Positions 53,361-64,000 of a stretch of 64,000 nt of DNA are shown one piece after another. This stretch comes from Epiperipatus broadwayi (lineage: Eukaryota > Animalia > Onychophora). The position numbers and the translations under genes were made by a program. The stretch covers positions 16,120,001 through 16,184,000 of the forward strand of contig JAQFVV010000009.1 of assembly GCA_028023455.1 (NCBI GenBank). Reading direction: 5' to 3'. Position 1 is the first letter of the stretch. Every line of letters starts with the position of its first letter. The notes beneath the pieces were generated by a model, which saw only the letters and a list, made by a program, of their open reading frames with translations, ran no database searches and was not told where the DNA came from.

Positions 53361-56168
53361 GTCTAGATGTATTTATTGATTCTTCATTATCCTGATAAAG
53401 TATTAACTTTCTTTGTTCTTATTTAAATAAACCAAATTATATGTTATTCCATTTGTTTTTATTTTAATCTTTAATTAATATTTATATTTCTTGTTATTAA
53501 ATTATGTTACAATATCTCTGCTTGAGGGGATTATTCTACTTTTGCAATGTCTACTTTATTCCTTTTACAGAATTATACAATACATATTATTTTTGGAAAA
53601 TATCCTACATTTATTAGAAATATTTTAGGTACTCATAGTATATTGAATGTTTATATCAGTATAGAACAATCCTTGAAATATATTGCAGATTTTGCTTAGA
53701 TCCTAGATTTTCTGTTGTAAATATATATTATCTAGTAATATTAATTAACTATATCAAATTTTCTCAAGACTTTCAGTTGGAAGCTGCTTAGTTATGTTTC
53801 CAAAATGTATAATATATATGTGCAAAAATGTTCTTTGAATTTAATTAATATTAGTAGCTTGATTTTTTTTAAAAAAGTGTTTATGTCATTGGTTGTAATA
53901 TACTATAACTGGTTGGGTTACATGGCACACAGCAACATAGTTGTGTGTGTGTGCACATATATGTATAAAGTAAAGGAAAAGTAGAAAAACAGACAAATTT
54001 TTGTAGATATTTTTCTATATTTCACTTGAATAATAATGACTGTAAAGAGTTAAATAGTTCTGGATTTAAAACAGAATTTTATTATGAAATAAATATTTTT
54101 AAAAAGGTCTAAATAAATAATTAATATTGCAGTCTGATTTTGAATTTAAAAACAAGCATGTCTTCTGATAATTGTAAAAATATCTATCTTTGAAAGTCTT
54201 TTAATTAATGTTTGTATGCATTATTTATATAAAATTTCTATTATCTAATTTTGAAATTTTTTTAATTAGTTAAACTGATAAATTTTCCAAAATGTAGCTT
54301 TTAATTAAAAATGCTTTTGGAGGGATTAAAATTGTTTTTAATCAAGGCAGATTGGAAACAATTACTGTGTTTTTATTACCTCAAGAGTAAAATGATTAGG
54401 CAGATTAAAAACAGTCTGCAATGTGTTTTTATCACCTCAGATGACTCTTATAAAAAGTGCTGACAAAAATGTCAGTTCCGTCTGGTTTAAATTTTTGAGG
54501 AGCAGTTGGCTAGAAGTTTTGCAGTACTGCTGAAGTTGGTTTTCCAGAGTTAGAGAATGAACATGAAATAATTGAAGACAGGACAGTAGACCCAGGAACT
54601 GCTACCATTTTCCTTTGCAGGAGTTTTGATTTACATGAAGCTGGGTCACTTCTGAATCATTAGCTTGAATAAATGAGGACAAAATAGCTTGCTAGCCTGA
54701 AGCTTACCAAATCCTAATCTAAATGGAACCAATTACAGAACAACCCTTAGCCAGTCTACCAGCTTGTCCAAGAGAAACCATCAGTTGATGAAGAAGTAAT
54801 TATATGTATGTTATTTCAGCTGTATGCAGAGAGAAGCACAGATAAACATATATACAATGGTGACTAGCGTTATATATAATGTAAACAAAATTTTAAATAA
54901 GTTACTTTTAAATAATTCTTTTTTAAAAATGACATTCTAAAATGTGAGGTATATAATATAGAATGATTTTGTCATCGTTTGTTGAGAAAATAAAATGACA
55001 TTTTGAGACTTATATATAATTAAAAGCAACCTGTGATCATGTGACATATAGAAGAATATTATTTTAAAATCTATTTTTTAAAAAATAAATAAAAAGTAAA
55101 GGATTAATAGATGATTCTACGATCTAAATTTATAGATGTTGATAATCAATCAATCAACAAGTACCTGTTAAACAAAAATTAACCTTATATCATGACAGCT
55201 TATATTCTAAGATTTAGTTGTTTTTTTTTCTCATAAAACTTGTTATTTTCAAGTAGGGGGAATCCATGAATTGCTTAAGATTACTTATAATAAGCTAATT
55301 TATTTATTTATTTCCCTCTTACAGTAATAAATTGTAGAGTTCTTGCTTCCTGAACTAGATTTATGCATAACAGCTATATGGGATAGGGAATTTATATTTA
55401 GTGTATGGGCATCCAGATGATCCATGATGATGATTCCTGGGTTGGCGCGAAGAGGCTATTCTTCAAAGTCCATGCATTATATTTTATTTAGTTTGGTCTT
55501 TATTAGAAATTAAGTTTATAGTTGGATAGTACATCAATGGTACTAAGTTGCCAGAGCATTGATAATGATCAGCATGTTTTAATATCCCAGCATTATTGTT
55601 TTTCTGGTTATATATTTTAATGGAATTGCACTTGAGTTTGTGCATCCAGATTATGTCTAAATAATTGCCTCAAGCTGGCAAAGGCTCAATAGTTAGCCTG
55701 GTCTACAGAAGACCCATTTCCAATCCAATCACCAGATTGATTTGATTTATTGTAGTGCTTTATTTTATTATTGATCATTCATGATGATGGATGATTATTT
55801 TGAGTATTACTTACTTTTACTTATTTTAAGGCTGGTGGATTTATGTATAGTTCATTATAGTTGCTTTACGGGATTAACTAACTGATCTTTTCTGATTTAA
55901 CTGAGCTGGCTGATCTCTCAGAGATTTCATTGATCTCTTTAATATATAAAATTGTTTATATATTTAGATATTAAACATTACTTTAATATCACCCTTTAAT
56001 AATTCAAAAATATTTTACTTTACTCAACATTAGATATTTAATAATTAATTTATTTTATTTTATTATTTTACTTTGGATTGATGATGATTTGCCATCACCC
56101 CATCCCGTTACAATACTAAATAATAACTGAACTACAGGCTTCTTATATACCTGTATCAATATATATAT

Positions 56169-56662
56169 ATATATAGGGTATATGAGCACAGACTTTCACA
56201 TGACCCACCACTCACTAATCTATCTCATATTACTGATACACTTGAACACATACATGTCAAAAAGTGAAATAGTCACCAATATACATATTTCAGGCTTAAC
56301 CAGCAATCATCAGTTGGTCCAGATTATCATCTCTACATATATGCAATAAGTGCTCAGATATAAAGATAGCCAATCTTCATACTTTAATGGACAGTGAAAA
56401 TCTGTCCATTAAAGTATGAAGATTGGCTATCTAGCCTGTCCATTAAATTATGAAGATTGGCTATCTTAATAGATATCTGAGCACTTATTGCATATATGTG
56501 TAGAGATGATAATCTGGACCAACTGATGATTACTGGTTTAGCATGAAATACGTATATTGGTGATTATTTATCTTTTCGACATATGTGTTCAAGTTTATCA
56601 GTGATATGAAATAGTGATGAGTGGTGGGTCGTGTGAAAGTCTGTGCTCATATACTCTATATA
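56169..56662. repeat. Long palindrome: ~225-bp arms, 7-nt loop, with a 31-bp duplication in the right arm
   Basis: Perfect inner stem 56364-56394 / 56402-56432; second copy at 56436-56466; the outer arms align with scattered mismatches. Confidence 0.95.
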
Positions 56663-56962
56663 TTAAATAATATACATATATATATATTGTACCATTTATT
56701 TATATATGGTACAAATATATTGGCATTTGGTAAAAGCTAAAAAAAAAGTAAATTTAGATTTTTTTTTGATTAGTATAATTTTTGTTAAAGCGTACAATGA
56801 AGGTTAAAATTGTCATTCGTATTTTTTTTTAACTGATTAAAAATAAAATTTAAAATTAGAGAGAACAAAAGACACACAAATTACTAATCTAGATAAGCTA
56901 AAAGAAAAATATTTTAGCTAATTAAAGATGTCCGAAAGACATAAAGAAGAGAACTTTGTAAC

Positions 56963-57861
56963 GTAAATTGTATAAAGAATGTACAAGATTATCAACGTAT
57001 ATTTTTGACAATCAAAAGGTATGCGCAGAAGACTGAAAACTGGACCTCGAGTATAAAAAGGAAGAGGCCAGTTTGATCAATGTCTTGTTTTTTTCTGTTT
57101 TTTTTTATGCTCGGTCCTGGATAACAAAAATATATCCAGGATCACCCTACACTGAAATAATTCTGCATGTAGGAGTGAACCAATTATCAACGTATATTTT
57201 TGATAGTCAAAAGGTATGTGCAGAAGTCTAAAAACTGGACCTTGAGTATAAAAAGGAAGAGGCCAGTTTGATCAACGTCTTGTTTTTTCTGTTTTTTTTT
57301 TATGGCCGATCCTGGATACCAAGAATATATCCAGGATCACCCTACGCTGAAATAATTCTACATGTTGGAGTGAACCGGAGCTATTGCTGACCTGGTTCCC
57401 GAAGAAGGACACTAGAAAAGCTTTCGTGACCAACCTGTAGAATAGACCACAAGATCAACTTATAACCAATGGCCGAGCTCATTCTCCCACAAAAAAAAAA
57501 ACTATGCAAAGTAATCTACAAGCTTCGTGAACTCACTAAACTTACCAGTAAGTTAAGATTAACCATTCCTGATTGTAACAAAATTAAGTGTTTGAAAACA
57601 ATTCTTAAAAATATACTTATAATAGAATCCCAATAAAGTCTTTAATTTTATTGATGAACATAGAATTATTTCAGTGTAGGGTGATCCTGGATATATTTTT
57701 GTTATCCAGGACCGAGCATTAAAAAAACAGAAAAAACAAGACATTGATCAAACTGGCCTCTTCCTTTTTATACTCGAGGTCCAGTTTTCAGTCTTCTGCG
57801 CATACCTTTTGATTGTCAAAAATATATGTTGATAATCTTGAACATTCTTTATACAATTTAC
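56963..57861. mobile_element. Element with ~200-bp inverted termini plus an internal direct copy of the left terminus (Penelope pLTR-like or DIRS-like)
   Basis: 56963-57164 is the near-identical inverse of 57662-57861; 56988-57181 is repeated at 57183-57376; a 55-codon ORF MAELILPQKKK... starts at 57470. Confidence 0.8.
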
Positions 57862-58672
57862 TTTTTAAAATCGTTTAACTATTTTTATTAATGGATTCAT
57901 GTCTGGATTAGCATGTGTTCTCTCCGGTTTTATTTAATCCGTAATTTATATTTAAAAATATTTTTAGTTTGTTGGAATAAAAGAGATTTTACTTTTATCA
58001 ACCTTTTTCCTTGTACATTATTAATAATAGTTATTAATGATTATTATTAAATTTATTGATATTAGTTTAGTAAGATTTAAAAATATAATTTACCTTTGCC
58101 AATATGTTTTGAATAAGCTCCAGGAATAATAATGTCTAAAAAATAATTCTAGTTACGGTATAATATAATACCGATTCTTTTAAAAACATTTTTCTTTTTA
58201 ATTTGCGAGACGAGATTCGACAGATTTCAGCAGATTCTTATATGAATCCTGGCGCCCTGATAAAAGAAATAAAAGCTGATTTCGTCGATAGCGTAAATCG
58301 TAACAACTACTTGGTAGTGTTGATCAGGAAATATAGTTATGTTTTTTAGAAATAGGAACGAAACTTTCTTCTTGCATAACTTGATCAACTCACACATTTT
58401 ATGTGTAACAGAAACCTAGTCAGACGTGCAAAACGCTTCAATATATTATATTATAATTTATATTTTATGTGCTTTATTTTAAACTCCTCACTCAAGATTT
58501 TTTTTTATATATTTATATTATTGTATTATTTACTTATTGTTTAATGAATAAATAAAAAAAAAAATTATTATTATTATTTGGGATGAACCAAATGTTACTT
58601 TATTATAATATTATTTTATTAATAAATTTAGTTAAATATTATAAACAAAATTGATAAAAAAATATATGCATA

Positions 58673-59136
58673 TATATAAATAAAACACATGTTGTTGTTC
58701 TTTATAAATCTTGTTTTATTATACAAACTATTATCAAATAAATAATACTAACATTTCGACTATATATTTTTATAGGCTTTCTCAAGAAACAAACTAAAAA
58801 ATAAATAAAAAACAATAAATATAAATACAAATATTTCACAATAATCCCAATTCATATAACAAATATAAATAACTCTTAACTTAAAATTCTTCTAACAAAT
58901 AATCTTAAATTTCCATAACAGTTGTTTCTTAAATACTTTTTTTATATATATTTGGATTATTGTCGAATATTCCTATTTATATTTATTGTTTTTTTATATA
59001 TTTTTTGTTTGTTCCTTGATAAAGACTATAAAAAAAATATAGTCTAAACGTTAGCGTATTATTTATTTATTTTATAATAGTTCATAAAATAAAACAAGAT
59101 TTATAAAGAAGAAAAGAATGTGTTTTATTTATATAT
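58673..59136. repeat. Foldback: ~155-bp arms, each with a hammerhead-variant relic (Penelope pLTR pair)
   Basis: Right arm CTTGATAAA-GACTATA..TATAGTC-TAAACGTTAG (59015-59054); left arm on the minus strand CTTGAGAAA-GCCTATA..TATAGTC-GAAATGTTAG. Confidence 0.8.
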
Positions 59137-59934
59137 TGAAATTAATGGGCTATTTTTAAAACAGAAGACTGTTCGTTGGGTAATTTATTTATACATATAT
59201 ATTGTAACCTGACTGGGGTTTCCACTCCCTCTAATTGTTAATTTATTTCCTGATGACCATATTGTTGGAAGGTAAGAATGATTGGTGTTAACCAATGCTG
59301 AAGTTACCCCCTCTCCCTACAACAATATTTCCTGCCCATCAGAAAGTGTAGCATTAAAGAGTTTGAAAGCATCTAGATATTTATGTTTGGTTTCCTAAAT
59401 GGCGCCACTAGAGTTTCAGCTCACTACAATCTGACTCACTCAGATCAAGTTATGCCAGACATCGCTCGGGAAACATGAGATTCCTGTGAACAAGTGCACT
59501 GATTGATGAAATGAAACTGACAATATATGTTAGTTTTGTGTAACAATAATTTATTTAACTAATAGTATTTGGAAAACATTCCTTCTAATAAATAGTTCAT
59601 TGCTGTTCAGATTCCATAGATCAGTTAGTCCATTTCATTGGTAACTTCTCTGATACTTGGTCCCATTGTTGACGATACATCATTTATATTCCATCATCCT
59701 GTTCTGCCAGCATTCACATTGTAGGGATTTATTTAGATATCCTTTTGTATATCACGGATACCTCCCCTATCATTTCTCAAGTTTAATTTCTCCTTTTGTG
59801 AGTCTACATTCTCTTCATATGTGCATATATCTAATTTTGTAGACATGTCTATTAATCCTCATTGCAAAATATTCTTAGATAAGTTTGGTTTATTTATGAA
59901 TTAATCCCCTTTATTTAATCATTCAGAAACCAAT

Positions 59935-60181
59935 AATTCAATTCGAATATATTCACATATTTAATTACTATATACAGACACAGATTTATTTCATGTATAT
60001 AGATACAGATTTAATTCCTGTATATGGACGCAGATTTAAATCATTCACATATAGAAGCATATTCAATTCATATATATAAGCACATATTTAACTCAGGTAA
60101 TCCCTGGATATAAATGAGGATTTAAGTCATTCATGTATATAGACATGGATTTAAATCATTCACACATATATATAGACATAT
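59935..60181. repeat. Minisatellite, ~22-nt degenerate unit (atttaattcatgtatatagaca-like), left block
   Basis: Tandem variants read directly; the same units resume after the RTE. Confidence 0.8.
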
Positions 60182-62877
60182 ATTGAACTTTGTGAAGTTA
60201 GAAGAAAAGGTGAAGAGACAATTGATTTAAAAAGTGGACATGTACTCTATTATAAAGGCACAAATATTGGAAATACAAGTGGAGTATGATTCATTATAAA
60301 TAAAAAGTGGAAGAACAACATTGTGGAGATTGATGGTATATCAGACAGAGTGGCAAGATTAGTTATACAACTTAATAGCAGATACCAAATGCAGATAATT
60401 CAGGTTTATGCCCCAACACGTTCTCATAGTGATGAAGTAGTAGAAGATTTTTATATGGATGTACAAAAGGCTTTTGATCAGAGTAAACGACATTTTAAAA
60501 TTATTATGGGAGACTTTAATGCTAGAATTGGTAAACAAATAAAAGATGAAAGTGCTGTAGGTAATTTTGGTTATGGTAATACAAATTAGAGAGGACATAG
60601 ACTGGTGGAGTTTGCAGAAAAAGAAAAACTTTATATTATGAATTCTTTTTTTGAGAAAAATGTTAAAAGAAAATGGACATGTAAGCATCCAAATGAAGGT
60701 ACAGCAGAATTGGATTATATTTTGACTAACAGAAAATACATATTACAAGATTGTAATGTTCTTAATAAATTTAGCACAGGATGTGATCATCATTTAGTAA
60801 GGTGTAAAATACTTGTTAATGCAAAACTAGAGAGACAAAAATTATTAAGAAAAACAATATTTACAGTTGATATTCCTAATCTTCAGAAACATTCTGATGA
60901 ATTTAAATTAGAACTTACAAATCGGTTTCAAGTATTAGTTGATTTTGAACATGATTCAGATTTGAATGAAATTAATATGAAAATAACTGATACACTTTTA
61001 AAAACTGCAACAAAGATAGCTGGTAGAAAAAAGCAGCAATTGACCAATAAAATTTCTATTGAGACTAGAGAAATTTATGAAGAAAAGAAGGAATATGAAG
61101 ATATACAAAAATGATGCATTAAAAAGAATTGAATATCTCGAATTTTGTAAAATGGTGCGGAAAAGAGTTGAAAATAATATAAGAAAGTATGACTGTGAAC
61201 TAGCAAGGAAAGCTGTAGAAAAAAATAAGTCTCAAGAATGTAAAACAACATTTTGGTATTGATAGGAAATTTATATCTGCAATAAGAAAAAAAGATGGTA
61301 TTATTACTAAAAAGAGAGATGACATCATGAAATGGGTAGAAGACTTTTATCAAGAATTATATAGTAATAAAGAACAAGTATCTCCTATATTTATTACATC
61401 TTCCGAAATGTCCGGAATTTTAAATAAAGAAGTGAGACATGCAAGTAAATGTATGAAGAAAGGAAAGACTCCAGGTAATAATGGAATTATAATTGATATA
61501 TTAAAAGAAGCAGGTGAAGAAATAGAAATTTTTTTTAGCAGAGTTATATATCAAATGACTAAATGATAAAGATGTACCAGATGATTGGAAGAATGCAATA
61601 ATAATATTAATATTTAAAAAAGGTGATAAAGAAGATATTAGAAATTACAGACTTATCAGCCTTTTATCAGTTTTATATAAAGTTTTTACCAAGATCATTA
61701 CAACTTGTCTACAGAGAACATTGGATTTCCACCAACCAAGAGAACAAGCTGGATTTAAAAGTGGTTTTAGTACAGTAGATCATATCCAGGTACTGAGAGA
61801 AGTTATAGAAAGGACAAATGAATATGAATTACCATTAGATTTTGAATTTGTAGATTATGAAAAGGCATTTAATTCTATAAACATTTCAGTAATTAAAGCA
61901 TTGGATCATCAAGGTATAGATCCAGGATATTGTCATATTTTAAAGAATATTTATAAAAATGCAACAGCAGCAATTAGATTACCTAATGATACTGGGAAAG
62001 TCAACATTGAGAAGGGTGTAAGACAAGGTGACTCCATATCTCCAAAACTTTTTACAGCAGTGCTGCCAGAAGTATTTTGTGGATTAAAATGGGAAACTAA
62101 AGGAGTGAAAGTAAATGGAGATTATTTAAGTCATTTAGATTTTGCAGATGATGTAGTTGTTTTTGCAAATAATGCTTCAGAGTTGAGGAAATGTTGCAGG
62201 AGTTATCAGATGAAAGTAGGAAAGTAGGACTAAAGATAAATGTTAAAAACACTAAAGTAATGTTTAACCGATTTCTCAAATTATGAAAATAAAGATTGAT
62301 TGTGATGAATTAGAAGTTAACAGTTACAAATACCTTGGTCAGATTATTAATACAGATGGAAACATAATGGATGAAATTAATCATAGAATTAAACTTGGTT
62401 GGAGTGCTTTTGGTAGAAATAACTTGATACTAAAAGGAAATATGCCTATGTGTTTGAAAATGAAGGTTTTTAACAAATGTGTTTTACCAGTTCTTACTTA
62501 TGGATGTGAGACTTGGACACTTAATAGAAAAGCAATACAGAGACTTTAGACCACTCAGAGGAGTAACAAGAAGAGATCGAAAACGCCATGTATGGGCAAG
62601 AGAACAAACAGGTGTTACTGACCTCATTGAAAAAATGAAAAAGATTGAATTGGAGTCGGACTGGACATATTGCTAGAAGAGATGATAGTAGATGGACAAT
62701 TGAAATTTTAAACTGGATTCCAAGAGATTGTAAAAGACCCAGAAAGAGACCACATATGAAATGGATGGATGAAATAAGAAAGTATGCAGGAGTGATATGG
62801 AGAAGCTAAAGGTTGGAGATGGATTGAACTTGGAGAGACCTTCATCCTGCAGTGGATTGATAATGGTTGATGATGAT
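60182..62877 (+). mobile_element. 5'-truncated RTE LINE, same family as 39239-42462
   Basis: Collinear with copy 1 from ~39750; RQGDSISPKLF, LDFADDVVVFA; frameshifted; gatgatgat tail. Confidence 0.93.
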
Positions 62878-63250
62878 TCATTTCATGTATACGGATACCA
62901 ATTTAATTCATGTATGTAAGCACATATTTAATTCATTTATATAGACACATTTAATTTGTGTATATGGATGCGGATTTAAGTCATTCATGTCTACAGAAGC
63001 ATATTTAATTCAGGTATATGGGCACATATTCAATTCCTATATATAAACGCGGATTTAAGTCAGTCATGTATATACAAGCATAATTAGTTCATATATATAA
63101 GCATATATTTAATTCAGGTATCTGGACACATTCAATTCCTGTATAGAAACACGGATTAAGTCATTCATGTATATAGAAGCATATTTAATTCATATATATA
63201 AGCACATATTTAATTCAGGTATATGGATGCATATTCAATTCATGTATATA
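62878..63250. repeat. Minisatellite, right block, with higher-order gatttaagtcattcatg-containing units
   Basis: Same unit family as 59935-60181. Confidence 0.85.
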
Positions 63251-63320
63251 AAATAGTCACTTTTTCTTGGTTAAACATAATGCATTTTCACAAATCGGGC
63301 TATTAAATTATTTCATTTAG

Positions 63321-63526
63321 TAAGTTGAATTTTAAGCCATCAAACATCACATGACAATCACTTCATATGTTTGTGTATAACTGTTGTTAAAACAGGCAAA
63401 ACTCACTATACATATTTGCACTAGATGGGAATTTTATGTACAAGCCTTCTGGCATCCATTGATTACTCTAGTTTGCTGTGTGTGGCAATATGTATAGTGA
63501 GTTTTGCCTGTTTTAAGTTGAATTTT
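63321..63526. repeat. Short foldback (arms 63387-63421 / 63482-63516) within 13-bp direct repeats
   Basis: 30-bp perfect stem ttaaaacaggcaaaactcactatacatatt; taagttgaatttt at 63321-63333 and 63514-63526. Confidence 0.85.
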
Positions 63527-64000
63527 GACAATTGACATATTTCTTATGCTCTTTATTATAAAGCTTAACTCTGAATTAATGTTATAAGTTTTGTCACTTT
63601 AAAAAGCTAAAAAAAAATTTAGTGAATTCATTATTGCGTTTCCACGCTATCATTTACTGCATTAAATATTTCTGACAACGTATTTCAATTTACACTTTTT
63701 TCTCTTAATTTTAATAACAATAATGGCAATTATATATACTATATGGAATTATTTGAGTACATAACATTTTATTGTTTTGTAAATTAATCATTTTAAATAA
63801 CTACCTTTTTCATTTTATCTTTTTTGAAATGCTTTTCTTGCAGCAGTTTTATAAATATCTTTAAAGATTTCAAAAATTATCTAGAGTTTTTTTATCTTTA
63901 AATTTTCTGTTGGTGATTTACAGTTAGTAACTCTTCACATTAAAAAGGGATTGATCTTAACGCTGAATGGTATGTTTTTTTTTGGTGGTCACTTAGGCAT

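Noticed and set aside
54440-54810. Stop-codon reassignment (TAA/TAG=Gln) as the explanation for in-frame stops
   Set aside because: The GANP and ST7 exons read fully open in the standard code with CAA/CAG Gln codons; the stops in TE-like DNA are explained by GC-to-AT decay.
59203-59660. Second solo LTR (TGTAACC start, TGGCGCC motif)
   Set aside because: No matching end, TSD or correctly placed PBS could be established.
59935-63250. CRISPR-like array
   Set aside because: Units are degenerate and contiguous with no unique spacers, in a eukaryotic intron; this is a minisatellite.
31073-64000. ST7 exon 2 ([27 protein letters not shown])
   Set aside because: A visual scan for FYVA/LTGT codon patterns found nothing, so it is assumed to lie beyond the window; a TBLASTN would settle it.

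Overview
Strongly AT-rich eukaryotic DNA; gene structure and TE content suggest an arthropod, possibly a chelicerate or myriapod (inference). Two host genes sit head-to-head with ATGs 309 bp apart. The minus strand carries the first five coding exons of GANP/MCM3AP (xmas-2/Sac3 family: FG-nucleoporin-like N-terminus, RRM, start of the Sac3 region). The exon phases are consistent (1,0,1,1,1) and the gene continues past the left edge. The plus strand carries coding exon 1 of ST7; I could not find exon 2, so intron 1 is probably >32.9 kb. Everything else is intron filled with TEs: RTE LINEs (one full-length with an 11-bp TSD), a CCHC-tailed LINE family, an RNase H-bearing LINE, a gypsy segment, Tc1/mariner remnants, hAT MITEs and many Penelope-type foldbacks. 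The most notable signals are RNA-structural: (i) a tRNA-derived Pol III head fused to a minimal hammerhead ribozyme (8150-8390); (ii) an HDV-like ribozyme fold starting exactly at the TSD-defined 5' end of the full-length RTE (39239); (iii) at least seven long inverted repeats, several with hammerhead-like relics in their arms; (iv) a tandem-plus-inverted repeat element with conserved hairpins (56963-57861); (v) a circularly permuted gypsy segment lodged inside an RTE. No prokaryotic features, CRISPR array, rRNA or intact tRNA gene were seen.
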